Of a stretch of 64,000 nt of DNA, positions 22,199-35,265 are shown piece after piece. The notes beneath the pieces were generated by a model. The model made no database searches. It saw only the letters and a list, made by a program, of their open reading frames with translations, and was not told the origin of the DNA. The translations under genes were made by a program, and so were the position numbers. Origin of the DNA: Macrostomum hystrix (Eukaryota; Animalia; Platyhelminthes); NCBI GenBank assembly GCA_950097015.1, contig CATNEN010000039.1, positions 14,880,001-14,944,000 of the forward strand, written 5' to 3'. The stretch's first letter is position 1; each line of letters starts with the position of its first letter.

Positions 22199-25100
22199 CC
22201 TCTCAAGGGGCCCACAGATCAGCGTCGTCCATCTTTGTGCCAGTGCGTTTCGGCAGGCACAGCTCGCCCGCCCTGCTGGACACGGGCGCGCAGATTTCGC
22301 TGATGGACAAGTCGCTGTACGATAAGCTTGACTGCCGGCTCGACTGCAGCGACATCAGCGTCATGCCGACCTCTGTCGACGGCTCGCGGCTGCGCTGCCT
22401 TGGCCTGACGACGGCGGAGGTTGCGATCGGCAGCGCGATTCGAGCGCGGCACAGTTTTACCGTGGTGGACGGCATCCAGCCTAGACTGATTCTCGGCATG
22501 GACTTCATCGGCCGGGTGTCGCAGACGGTGACCATCGACATGAAGGAAGGCGTCGTCCGGTTCGACAGCGATACGGTGGCTTTCAGCAGCGAGCAGCCGC
22601 GGGCCAGTTGCCGCCTGGTGCCAAGCGTTCTGGTGGCGCGCGTGGCGGTCAACACGGAGCTGCCGGCGCGGAGCGAGAAGGTCGTATGGCTCCGGGTGGA
22701 CTCCAGCCGAGAGCAGGGGGTATTCGAGCCCTGCGAGGACTTCGTAGCAGCCACGGCGGTGCTTTCGGCGCGCGTGCTGACTATCTCGGACGACGGCCGA
22801 ATCCCCGTCAAGATGTGCAACCTGGCCGAGGAGCCCGTGCTGCTGTACGCCAATAAAGCCGTCGGGACGTTCGAGGGTGCAATGGCCGGGGGGAGGAGCG
22901 ACTATCTCCATGAGGACCCCCTCGGCTGGAACATCAACCCGGAGCTGTCCGAGGCGGATGCGGTGAAGCTGCGCTAGCTGCTGGAGCAAAACGAGGACCT
23001 TTTCGCAAGGCACGAGTACGACCTGGGCACGACGGAGCTGCTGCAGCACAGGATAGATCTGGAGCCCGGAACGCGGCCGCACAGGCAGGTTCAGCGACGT
23101 CTGCCTCTGTCCGTGCGGGACCAGGTAGACAAGAAGATCGGCAAGATGCTGGACAGCGGCATCATCGAGCCGTCCATGTCTCCTTGGGCCAGCAACCTCC
23201 TGGTGGTGCGCAAGAAGAACGGCGACATCAGGCTCTGCACCGACTGGCGACAGCTGAACGCCTGCACAGTCAAGGACGCCTACCCGCTGCCGCATCTGCA
23301 GCAAGCCATGGACGCACTGGTCGGCTGTTCCTGGTTCTCCACCATCGATTGCCGGCAGGGTTATCACCAGGTGGAGGTGGCAGAGGAAGACCGGCCAAAG
23401 ACTGCCTTCTACTCCACCCGCGGCCTGATGCAGTTCCGCAAGATGGGCTTCGGGATGTGCAACGCCCCAGCGACATTTCAGCGCCTTATGGAGCTCGTCA
23501 TGTCCGGCTTATCCTGGGAGGTGGTGCTGACCTACATCGACGACATCATCGTCTTCAGCAGAATCTTCAACGAGCATCTGGCGCGGCTAGCACAGGTCCT
23601 TCAGCGGCTTCGAGGGGCCGGGCTCAAGCTGCACAGGGCGAAGAGTGTCTTCGGCCACCGCCAGGTGCTGTACCTGGGGCACCGGGTCAGCGAGCAGGGC
23701 ATCGCGCCAGACCCGAGCAAGGTGGACGCCATCCGCAGCATGTCCAGCCCGACGACAGCAGAGGAGGTGAAGCGGTTCCTCGGCATGCTAGGCTTCTATC
23801 GCCGCTTCATCCAGGACTTCAGCCAGACTGCGAGGGTGCTGCACGACGTCAGCCAGACAGCGAGAGACTTTAGATGGAGCAGCAGTTGCAAGCGGGCGTT
23901 CAACGAGCTGAAGGACAAGTTGACGACTGCCCCGGTGCTGCGGCTGCCCGACTTCAGCAAGCAGTTCGTTTTGAGCTGCGACAGCAGCCAGTTCGCAGTG
24001 GGCGCCGTGCTCAGCCAGTTGCACGGGGACGCTGAGCTGCCTGTGGCTTTCGCATCGCGCACGCTCAACAAAGCGGAGCGAAATTACTCGGCGACAGACC
24101 GGGAGCTGCTGGCGCTGGTGTGGAGCTTGAAGCACTTCAGAACGTACTTGCTCAGTGTTCCCAGCTTCACCGTCTACTCCGACCATCGGCCGCTTCAGGG
24201 ACTGCTGGCGACCAAGGACCCGGAAGGCAGGCTGGCGCGGTGGCTGTCTACGCTGCAGCAGTTCTCGTTCTCGCTGCTGTACCGGCCAGGCCGGGAGAAC
24301 GTTGTGCCAGACGCACTGAGCCGGGTGGCCGGCACGCGCCTGCAGCCCCGCTGGGAGGCCGCGCGCCTGCATGAGGAGCAGCGGCAGGACACGCTACTGA
24401 GCAAGGCGTTCCATGCGCTAGCGACAGGAATCGACAATCTGTCTGACACCTGGGCGGCGCAGGTTCGCGAGCTGCTGGATGGGGCATCAATAAGTACGGC
24501 GGGCGTCCTGCTGTTCCACGGCAAGCCGGTCATTCCCAGCCACCTGCGGCCGAACTTCCTGCAGGAGGCGCATTCCAGCGACCAGAGCGCCCACCTCGGT
24601 GTTGACAGGACGGTGGCGAGGCTGGCGGAGCGCTGCTGGTAGCCGGGCCTGCGGCGGGACGTGGAGAACTGGGTGGCGAGCTGCGCCGCCTGCCTAACCA
24701 AGAAGAGTCCGACCAGGCCGCAGCGGGCACCGCTGCAGACGACAGGCCAGCCGACAGCGCCTTGGCAGCAGGTGCAGATCGATATTAAAGGCCCGCTGCC
24801 GCGCACGACAGACGGCAACGCCTACATCCTCAGCATGTGCGACACCTTCTCCAAGTGGATGGAGACATCGGCGCTGGCGACGATCGACGCCGTGACGGTG
24901 GCGGATGCGCTGCTCAGAGCCGTTGTGCTGCGGCACGGTGCCCCACAAGTGCTGCACAGCGACCAAGAACGGCAGTTTGAGAGCGACGTCTTCGTCCGGC
25001 TCTGCGAGCAGCTGGGCATCGAGAAAACTCGCACATCGCCATTCCACCCAAGCGGCAATGGCGTCGTGGAGCGCGGCAACCGGACACTGGGTGACATGCT

Positions 25101-25848
25101 GGCGACGGTCGTGTCGGAGAGCCAGCAGGACTGGGACCGGAAGCTGCACTACGTTACCTGGGCCTATAACACCTCTGTGCACAGCACCACCGGCCTTAGC
25201 CCGTACCAGGTCCTGCATGGCTGGCCGCCGCGGCTGGCGCTCGACAGCTGGCTGGTGGACGGCGACAAGGCGGCGAGCGGCAGCCCGCACGACTTTCTGC
25301 AGCAGACGCAAGAGAACCTGGAGGGCGCCTTTGACGCGGTGCACGGCCGGCTGCGGGACGCCCAGGCGGCGCGCAACCAGCGAGTCAACCAGGGTGCCAG
25401 ATTCGTGCCGTTTGAAGAGGGCCAGCTGGTAATGCTGCGCAACTCCGTCGTCAAGCGCGGCCAGACGCGGTGCCTCAGCGACAAATGGAAGGGGCCGTAT
25501 CGGATCCTGCGGCGCCTCGGCGAGGTGAACTACCGCATCCAGGACCAGGCAGGCCGCCGGCGCAAGCTGGTGGTGCACCACGACCGGCTCCGACTCTTCA
25601 TTCAGCGGCGGCCGTCGCTGGAGCTGCCTGCTGCCGCCGATGCCGACACGAACGCCAACGGCCTCGCCGTGCGACCGCCCAGTCCAGCGGCTGACCCGGG
25701 TGGCGATGCGTTGGTCGGCTGGCCGGAACCGGACCAAAACGTGCAGCCCGATGATCCGCCGGCGGCCCCGCCCGAGCCGGCCGAGGCTCTCAGACGCTCG
25801 GCGAGAGAACGCCGGCCTCCTGACTTTTACATGGCTGGCTTTGCTTGA
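22162..25848 (+). pseudogene. pol: Gypsy B pol (PR-RT-RH-INT) in one frame, interrupted by two TAG codons (22975-22977, 24640-24642)
   Basis: ORFs at 22027, 23113 and 24661 share a frame; motifs LLDTGA, YIDD, CDSS, HLG, GPY. Confidence 0.9.
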
Positions 25849-27233
25849 CTGAACTGCTTCTAGGGGGAAAGTAGTGTAAGCAGCTTAGAGTTCGCGGCCC
25901 GCAGTGTACACTGCGGGGGGTAGAGCGTACACGCCTGCGTGCGTGCTTGCGTGGCGTGATTGGGGGGTGGGTACGCCCACCCCAGTGTTTCTGGCCAAAT
26001 ATAATAGTGCTAGCGAGCCGGTATGGCTCTTCGCGTTTTGTGTGCATGCTACCTGACAAACCAGCGTCTTACATAACTATAACAAATTTAAAATTAATAA
26101 TTCCAAGAAACTTTATTATTATTAATCGGCACGCACACCTTAAACAATTTCAGGATTGTATATAAGTTCTATCTTCTATGCCTATTTAGTGCTTTTTAAA
26201 AAATTGGCACACAAACCGGTTTTTAAAGACCGGTTTTCTTATAAAAGACGGTTTTCAAACCGGTTAACCGGTTCTCAATAAGGGCCGGTTTTTGGCATCT
26301 CTAGCTGGGGCGTTAGACCTTGCGGGGGGTGGCTGGAGGGCGGGTGTACACCGCCGCGCGCTCTCTGGAATTCCGTCAGCGCGATTGGATAAGTGTACAC
26401 TCATCACCCGGCCCCCCCTGAGGACTGATTTCTTATCAGCCTTCCGCCCCGGCTTGGTCTTGGTCTCTGTGCGTGTGGGGCGGGGGTGGGGGACACTGCT
26501 GCCTATTCTGGGTGCCTCCTGCCCTCCCGGGCTGGTCTGTGCTGCTGTGTGTGGTGCCTGCTCAGGGGAGGCGGCGCGATGGGCGCTAAAGCGCCTAGTT
26601 CGTCGGTCTGGGGGCGTGCCGCTCCGTCGCTTGTGCGACAAGTGTCCCGGGCCCCCCTGCAAATAGATAGAAGAGATAGATGACACGATCGCTTGAATGC
26701 ATCATTCATAATGTAAGACGCTAATTAAAATAGTTATTCTTTGATCAACAAACCGATGCTACATAATAACATCAATTCCGTTCAATAATTAAAGTATAAA
26801 CGTATTAAATGTATTGTCAATATTCTCATCATGCGCATATCTTTTCTATAACCAATGAATGTCACAGCAAGAGGTTTTGAAACATAACAATTCAAAGAAC
26901 GATACACTTTACAATGTAACAAATAATACAAAAGATGTGGAATGAATGCTTTAAGAAATTTGTAAGATTTCCAAAACGTGCGAAATAGAACGAAATGACT
27001 GTACGAGAATTAGTTATTGATCTCTTTCACCCAAAAACAAAAAAAGCCCAATCAAGTTCCATCAACAAAATATCCATCTTATCTATCAATCAACATCAAA
27101 ATGACACTATATCAAACTTCCATCTTAGAAGATTAAGTGGCAGCTTGCTGCCACCTTGGCCATCGCCGCCGCCACCTTGGCAGTCGATGGCACCGCCGCC
27201 GCCATCGCCTCCACCGCCGCCGCATACACTTAC

Positions 27234-27422
27234 CCCACCTATCCCTGCCACCCCACCGTTTTCCATCGCCACTGCCCTTCCGACCACCCCTGCCCTTCCC
27301 ACCGCCCCTGCCCTTCCCAACGCTGCCCTTCCCACCGCCCCTGCCCTTCCCAACGCTGCCCTTCTGACTGCCACTCCCATCCCTGCCCTTCCCGCCGCTT
27401 CCCTTCCCACCCCACCCTTGCT
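27234..27422 (-). other. Candidate orphan exon encoding Gly/Lys/Arg repeats (GKGRGGGKGSV...)
   Basis: CTGAACAG acceptor and G|GTAAGT donor bracket 189 nt (phase 1-1) that read open as EQGWGGKGSGGKGRDG...DRWG. It could instead be a G-rich low-complexity repeat. Confidence 0.3.
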
Positions 27423-28386
27423 CTGTTCAGGGCCGGCGATAAAAGTAATGTTGTAAGTTGCCTGAAAGTGTAGTGTAAGGTAATTAATTACATGAGGGAT
27501 AAAACACGTTGAGTGCAAAATTATAGAGATTGACATTTGGGTCAAAACACTGTCTGTGTACCCAATCCTTCTGTCACATGTGTTAACTCCGAATCAACTG
27601 TGCATAACAACTTTATATTTTATACTTTACTCAATATGAACCATTTTACAAACCTAAAGGCGAGGCTCTACATTTCCTAGCTGCTTAAATTAAAATACGT
27701 GACCAACAATACCTCCTTTCTTACATATATACAAATATACACTACAGCATTTAATGTCGCAAAGGATTCAGAGAAACAAATGATGTACGAAAACAAAAAT
27801 ATTTATATTATAGTCGACACACTCTTTATGTCAGTGCTGCCAAGTCGCCATTAGAAAAAACGATTAACATCATTGTTTCAACTACCAAAGATATGAATAG
27901 AATGAAATTTATCGGAAGTTTGCAATCCAGCCAACAAAAAAATTACGAACGTCAAGTGGACAAAAGTGATGCAAATTAAAAGAGAAACAATTTTCCGATC
28001 ATACGATACAGACGTAGCTTAAAACACATCGCCGTTCCGATTCTGTTCACTGTTCATTGAAAATAGACTATTTTGAAATAATCAATTTTCAAATAACAAT
28101 TTAACGCCCACAGGTACGAGAAGCCATCGGATCCGACTTTGCAGTGAACTTTTGTGCCAATGATTTCGGTTTATGAAAAAAGTACGTAAAACCGAGATCA
28201 ATATAACAAGCCCAAAGTTAGCCACAGCTGCCTCATTGCTTTGTTGCATTACAGAGAACGAAAACAGATTTCTATAAAAAACACAGATATTTACTACTTA
28301 GTCATGCTGCTGTGACCAAAATTTAAAGCGTCGGGAGTCAATTTAATATGCTAAATTTTTTTTAAATAATTTAACTAATGTACGAG

Positions 28387-29628
28387 GTCTCATCTCTCCC
28401 TGTCTCATCTCTCCCCTGTCTCATCTCTCCCGTCTCATCTCTCCCCTGTCTCATCTCTCCCGTCTCATCTCTCCCCTGTCTCATCTCTCCCGTCTCATCT
28501 CTCCCCTGTCTCATCTCTCCCGTCTCATCTCTCCCCTGTCTCATCTCTCCCGTCTCATCTCTCCCCTGTCTCATCTCTCCCCTGTCTCATCTCTCCCGTC
28601 TCATCTCTCCCCTGTCTCATCTCTCCCTTCTCATCTCTCCCGTCTCATCTCTCCCCTGTCTCATCTCTCCCGTCTCATCTCTCCCGTCTCATCTCTCCCC
28701 TGTCTCATCTCTCCCGTCTCATCTCTCCCGTCTCATCTCTCCCGTCTCATCTCTCCCCTGTCTCATCTCTCCCGTCTCATCTCTCCCGTCTCATCTCTCC
28801 CGTCTCATCTCTCCCCTGTCTCATCTCTCCCGTCTCATCTCTCCCGTCTCATCTCTCCCCTGTCTCATCTCTCCCGTCTCATCTCTCCCGTCTCATCTCT
28901 CCCCTGTCTCATCTCTCCCGTCTCATCTCTCCCGTCTCATCTCTCCCCTGTCTCATCTCTCCCCTGTCTCATCTCTCCCCTGTCTCATCTCTCCCCTGTC
29001 TCATCTCTTCCCTGTCTCATCTCTCCCGTCTCATCTCTCCCCTGTCTCATCTCTCCCCTGTCTCATCTCTCCCCTGTCTCATCTCTCCCTGTCTCATCTC
29101 CCCCTGTCTCATCTCCCCCTTTCTCATCTCTCCCCTGTCTCATCTCTCCCCTGTCTCATCTCTCCCCTGTCTCATCTCTCCCCTGTCTCATCTCTTCCCT
29201 GTCTCATCTCTCCCGTCTCATCTCTCCCCTGTCTCATCTCTCCCCTGTCTCATCTCTCCCCTGTCTCATCTCTCCCTGTCTTATCTCCCCCTGTCTCATC
29301 TCCCCCTGTCTCATCTCTCCCCTGTCTCATCTCTCCCCTGTCTCATCTCTCCCCTGTCTCATCTCTCCCCTGTCTCATCTCTCCCCTGTCTCATCTCTCC
29401 CCTGTCTCATCTCTCCTTGTTTCATCTCTCCCCTGTCTCATCTCTCCCCTGTCTAATCTCTCCCCTGTCTCATCTCTCCCCTGTCTCATCTCTCCCCTGT
29501 CTCATCTCTCCCTGTCTCATCTCTCCCCTGTCTCATCTCCCTCTGTCTCATCTCTCCCCTGTCTCATCTCCCCCTGTCTCATCTCTCCCTGTCTCATCTC
29601 CCCCTGTCTCATCTCTCCCTGTCTAATG
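28387..29628. repeat. 14-16-bp pyrimidine-rich satellite (GTCTCATCTCTCCC[CT])n
   Basis: Directly visible. A diverged array recurs at 30350-30610. Confidence 0.97.
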
Positions 29629-30265
29629 TCTGGTAATATATGACAACACTGACCTTGTGTTAATTTAATGGCGAAATGAGAATTTCTCATCCAAAACAGT
29701 TAAACACATCAATAAACACATCTTTTTGACACCTCACACTTTCGAGAAACATTGCAAATTTGTAGAACCTCTTGTGCAGGACTATGCGGACACTTATATC
29801 GTGCTTTAATTATAGCATCGATTTTAGTATATGCGTTTGATAATCGCCTATTGCGCACCTCCTAAGGCAAAAGGGCAACACACCTTTCTGTCTGCCAAAT
29901 GTTGAAAATAGTCTGACCATCAAACAGCACGAAATCCAATCGGTTGGTTTGTGACCTAGACAAATTGCTCAGTCAACGAGTCTGGTAACCAAAAAGGGTA
30001 ACACTGTACGCTAACCGTGAGTGATCAGGTTTCCATCACCCTGTAATTAAACAGTTCTAAACTAAACATATATACCTTTTTCAACAGAAAATTTGTTGAC
30101 GAAAATCATTCAGGAGGCGAGTTATTGAGCTTAGAAATGTACCCTAGCTCATTCTCTGCCAAAACTTTGACAGCGGCTATAGACAATCTTTGCCGTAGAA
30201 AAATGCTACAGCATTCACTCCAAGCATGAGGTCAAAATCCTCCTAGTCGAGTCTAGCGTATAGAC

Positions 30266-30330
30266 CAGGGGTCGGCAAACTCCGGCCCGCGGGCCAGATG
30301 CGGCCCTCGAAGCTCCCAAATCCGGCCCGT
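30266..30330 (+). mobile_element. Truncated hAT (Charlie/SPIN-like) left end
   Basis: CAGGGGTCGGCAAAC.CCGGCCCGCGGGCC..ATGCGGCCC is a typical hAT terminus. No right end found. Confidence 0.65.
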
Positions 30331-30349
30331 TGCCCTTTCTGACATCTAC

Positions 30350-30610
30350 AGTGTCCTGTTTCATCTCTCTCGTGTCTAATCTCTTCCGTGTCTCATCTCT
30401 TCCATGTCTTATCTCTCCCGTGTCTCATCTCTCCCTTGTCTAATCTCTCCCCTGTCTTATCTCTCCCGTGTCTAATCTCTCCTGTGTCTCATCTCTCCCG
30501 TGTCTAATCTCTACCGTGTCTAATCTCTCCCGTCTTATCTCTCCCGTGTCTAGTCTCTCCTGTGTCTAATCTCTCCCGTGTCTAATCTCTTCCGTGTCTC
30601 ATCTCTTCCA
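30350..30610. repeat. Diverged 16-bp satellite (GTGTCTAATCTCTCCC)n
   Basis: Same family as 28387-29628. Confidence 0.9.
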
Positions 30611-31162
30611 TTCTGTTATATTTCCAGTTCTGATTTTATTTCAGATGTTTAACAACTGAAAAAATGTCTCACTGTGATAACGATTGAGCATTTATTTTTA
30701 AGCCGGTGTAACTTTTTTGCTTCAGTAATTATTTTGCACGAATTGTCATTTTTTAAATAAACATGACTACTTTCAAACGACAAGCCATGTTTAACTGATC
30801 ATTGTGCTGCTTGTGCGGTGTATTAAAAAACAATTCAACACAGACAGATATATTTAGGAACAAATTATTACAAAGCTGACACGCTTGAGATTTGCAACGT
30901 AAGTCGGTCCGTTTTTTCTATTGAGAGGAGGCTTTTAGCACCTTGATTTTTTCAGCACATTTTCAGACAGAACTTTGAAAACATTATTCCATACATTCAA
31001 CTCATCAATTCAATGCTTTCAATACATTCAACACATCAATTCAATGCTTTCAATACATTCAACACATCAATTCAATGCTTTCAATACATTCAACTCATCA
31101 ATTCAATGCTTTCAATACATTCAACACATCAAACACAACATTAAAAACTGTTAGCGCAAAGT

Positions 31163-32247
31163 CTACAGCGCTGGCAGCAGCATCGCTAGCAGTATCGTGC
31201 AGCCCAACAGTACGGATACGAACAGCAAATTCTGGTGCCTAGCACCCGCAGCAGTCGGGATTGCACCCGCGGCAGTCGTGGTTGCACCCGCGGCAGTCGT
31301 GGTTGCACCCGCGGCAGTCGTGGTTGCACCCGCAGCAGTCGTGGTTGCACCCGCGGCAGTCGTGGTTGCACCCGCAGCAGTCGGGGTTGCACCTGCGGCA
31401 GTCGTGGCTGCACCCGCGGCAGTCGTGGCTGCACCCGCGGCAGTCGGGATTGCACCCGCGGCAGTCGTGGTTGCACCCGCAGCAGTCGGGGTTGCACCCG
31501 CGGCAGTCGTGGCTGCACCCGCGGCAGTCGTGGCTGCACCCGCAGCAGTCGTGGTTGCAGACGGAATGTACATTCGTAATATGATACAATCAGTTGCATT
31601 TGCATTTGGTCTACATTCGTAGCGTTTCATGGTTTCATGGTCATAACGATGGTTGATCCAGTTTTCACAGCCGATAATGTCTGCGTTTGCTTGAATTTCC
31701 TCAGATTGAGGCTTTTTAGAAACAATTTTAAGACACTTTTCAGATGGACTGCAAAAAGCTTCAGTAAGTTGTTTATATTCTTTATACCATATTTTGTACT
31801 TAAGGCATGGTACCAGATCACGTTCTAGATCATTGATAACTACACTCGCTTTATTGCAGTTATCACCCGTGCAGTCTTTGCAATATTTTGTACGGGGACA
31901 GGCGCCGCAACCATATGTCAATCGCTAAAAAAAGTTTCCAGGCAAAAGGCAAAATATATAGGTCAAACTGTTGCTTTATGATTTCGAATTGATTTGCTAA
32001 TTAAATTAGTTTAATTCATTCCGTCACTCACCACTTCATTTTCATGTCTGCTTCTAGGATCATATTCTACGTAACACTTGTTCATGTTTGGATCACAATG
32101 TACCTGAGCATCATTCATTGAATCTTGCTTATATAGAAAGAATGATGATGTCATACCAAGCGACCAGATACATTTAATACAATCAGCCAGCTGAATGCCT
32201 CCAAGTGCAAGAAACACGCAAACAATAACCAGCTTCATAGTCGTCAT
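31163..32247 (-). CDS. Surface-protein family copy 2 (325 aa, 15 stalk heptads, GPI-type tail); exons 32247-32032 and 31924-31163
   Basis: 107-nt GTGAGT..TTTAG intron in phase 0; all 14 ectodomain cysteines conserved. Confidence 0.88.
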
Positions 32248-34255
32248 GATTGCCAGCTTCGATTCCGAATAGCCCAGTTAGATTTGGTCGATTAGCTGGC
32301 AGGTGGCAGTTGAACTGCAGTCAATTCTTGATCCGATTTGCAACGGCTGAGTAGAATCGGCCAGAATGCTGAGTCGAGTGTTGTCAGTTGTTGGATTTGA
32401 TTCTTCGTTTCGGGCCGCTGCCCCTTCAATATGCTGCAGAAAGTACAGGTGCGAGCCGGCTCGGTCTATGGCAGCGCTGGCTGACACAGGGGTGCCCGCC
32501 TTTTGTCTATGGCAAATTTCAGCTCTACTTTGCTTTTTTCATGCACGACTTTTCTGAGATGAACTTTTGTGTTGTACTATTAGAAATCTCTCTAGCTTAT
32601 TGGAGTTTCTCTCTAACAAAGAAGTATTGCACTTTACAAGCATCGAATGAATATTTCCCATGGGCCCATATTTGACAGGCTTTTTAGACAGAGCCAGGTT
32701 AACGAAAACTATTCCTCCGATTCCTCCGCACCTCAGATCCCGCATCCTATGCCACAGATCCCATATCCCAGAAAATACATCCAATATGGGATACGCTGAT
32801 CCTACATCCGAGATCCTATATCTCATTCGACAGATCTCAGATCCCAAATCGCAGATCCTGAATCGCACATTCCGAATCGTGATCGAAAAAGCACTTTCAA
32901 GTTCCAATGAACCCGAATAATAATAGAGAGCGGAGGGACAGGATTTTGAAGTGTCTGGGTGGGGTTTTACAATGAGTTATGCTCACGGGATTGTCTATAC
33001 ACTGTTCTTACCACCACTTTGCAAAACGATGCTGCGGAAGCAACGACTGACAAGACTGAAGAGGCACAAATAAAAAGATTAGACATTGAGGCCTTGGCAA
33101 CATTTTCTATGGCGATATTTTTTTAATGTTTTGTGAGAGTCTTGCAGCCAAGTCTTTGCTTTTCTACTGTTGTCAGTAGTCTGAATTATATCTCTCAGAC
33201 CTATGAAGTACTGCAGAAGTGCGGCCACGTGAACTACCGGATCCGTATTGGCACGGCAACCAATACGTTCCACATCAATCTGCTCAAGTAATATACAGTG
33301 CGCGAGAGTCGATTTTGATGCACCTGTCAGCGACAACGACAGGTGCTCTTGCGCTGTCTGACCGTCTGAGCCCGGACGAGAGGGACCGTCTCCAGCAGCT
33401 GGTGCAGGACTTCGCGAACGTCTTCAATGAGATCCTGGGTAGGACCGACTTGGTGGAGCACCAAATCTGGACGACATCTGACCGTATAGTGCGCATCCGG
33501 CCGCGGCGGGAGCCGCAGGCGTATCGACAGGTGCTCAAAGAGGAGATCCAACGCATGCTGGACCTCGGAGTGATCGAACCGTGGACTGTGACTTCTGCTC
33601 CCCGGTCTGTCTAGTGGCCAAGAAGGACGGCTCGGTCCGATTCAAGGCGCTAAATGAGCTGGTGGCATTCGATTCCTACCCAATGAAGAACCTCGAGGAT
33701 CTGCTGGAGCAAGTCACCAGGGCCAAGTTCATATCCAAGCTAGACTGCTGCAAGGGCTACTGGCAGATTCCTCTGTCCGAGAGCTCGAAGCGGCTGACAG
33801 CACTCGCGGCCGGTGGCAAGCTTTACCAATTCATCGTAATGCCCATGGGCTTAAACTGCGGCAGCGCAACGTACCAGAGGCTCATGGACAAGATGGTCCA
33901 AGGGCTGGGCAAAGCAGACTCATACGTCGACGACAGCGCCGTGTTCAGCGAGACCTTCGAGCAGCACGTTCACGACCTGAGGCAGGTGTTAGGCCGCCTC
34001 CAGGCTGCCGGTCTGACGGTGCAGCCTCGCAAATGCTACCTGGGCGGCAACTCGGTGGACTACCTCGGCTTCAAGCTCGGCGGAGGCCAGATCAGCACGA
34101 GCGAGGATCGAGTGCGGACTGTCACTGCACTGGCTCGACCCAAGACCAAAGACAAGGTGGCAGCCCTGACGGACCTCACGAAGAAGTCGGCGCCCGAGGA
34201 CCTAAGAGCGGCCTGGGGAGAACAGCAGACTCGAGGCTTCGACTCGAGCCAACAG

Positions 34256-34534
34256 ACTGACTCAAGATTTAGTGACTGACTCAAGATTTAGTGACTGACT
34301 CAAGATTTAGTGACTAACTCAAGATTTAGTGACTGACTCAAGATTTAGTGGCTGACTCAAGATTTAGTGACTGACTCAAGATTTAGTGACTGACTCAAGA
34401 TTTAGTGACTGACTCAAGATTTAGTGACTGACTCAAGATTTAGTGACTGACTCAAGATTTAGTGACTGACTCAAGATTTAGTGACTGACTCAAGATTTAG
34501 TGACTGACTCAAGATTTAGTGACTGACTCAAGAT
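34256..34534. repeat. 19-bp VNTR ACTGACTCAAGATTTAGTG, ~14.7 copies (1.7 copies at the paralogous site 14946-14977)
   Basis: Directly visible. Confidence 0.97.
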
Positions 34535-35265
34535 GGCCTTCTTTTCCCGTCGTGCCCGGTTCCGGCTGCGGCGGGCTTCTTCGACCGTTTGGAGCGGCCG
34601 GTCATCGTTTCCTGAGCCCCGCTAGTAGGTGAACCGGAGGGGCCGGAATGGGCGCTGTCAATGGCGGAGGGGCCGGGTTTGTAGCGGGAGCTTCAGTCCC
34701 GGTTTCAAGGATGGCATTAGCAGAAGCCATAGCTGAAAGCAGGTGCAGGGTTTACTCATAAGCGAGGTAAAAAGCCTTTGGCACCTCTCCCTCAGAGCCC
34801 AGGCCAGACGTACCTAATGATCAGGAGGGGTCCTGGATGGGTCGTCAAGCGCCGTTGCTTATTCTGTCCGGCTTTCTGTCGGACATTCTGTTATATTTCC
34901 AGTTCTGATTTTATTTCAGATGTTTAACAACTGAAAAAATATCTCATTGTGATAACAATTTAGCATTTATTTTTAAGCAGGTGTAACTTTTTTGCTTCAG
35001 TAATTATTTTGCACGAATTGTCATTTTTTAAATAAACATGACTACTTTCAAACGACAAGCCATGTTTAACTGATCATTGTGCTGCTTGTGCGGTGTATTA
35101 AAAAACAATTCAACACAGACAGATATATTTAGGAACAAATTATTACAAAGCTGACATGCTTGAGATTTGCAACGTAAGTCGGTCCGTTTTTTCTATTGAG
35201 AGGAGGCTTTTAGCACCTTGATTCTTTCAGCACATTTTCAGACAGAACTTTGAAAACATTATTCC

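Larger units (their letters stand above)
21156..26073 (+). mobile_element. Full-length Gypsy/Ty3 element B
   Basis: LTRs 21156-21353 and 25875-26073 differ only by one G in a homopolymer. 4-bp TSD TAAC; PBS TGGTGGCAGCGGT (tRNA-Leu type); PPT AGGGGGAAAGTAG. Confidence 0.97.
20541..26303. mobile_element. Non-autonomous hAT element (~840 bp net) carrying nested Gypsy B
   Basis: TIRs TAGGGATGCCAA / TTGGCATCTCTA, subterminal AACCGGTT arrays, 8-bp TSD GCTGGGGC (20533-20540, 26304-26311). Confidence 0.92.
20311..26679 (+). mobile_element. tRNA-derived SINE (~600 bp when rejoined: 20311-20540 + 26312-26679), split by a hAT element
   Basis: A-box TGGGTCAGCGG and B-box GTTCGATTC at the 5' end, (ATAG/AGA)-type tail, and flanking direct repeat CACGATCGC (20302-20310, 26684-26692). 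Confidence 0.7.

Noticed and set aside
28378-29643. 421-aa ORF rich in SSLPCLISP
   Set aside because: Stop-free translation of a pyrimidine-rich satellite with mixed 14-16-bp units.
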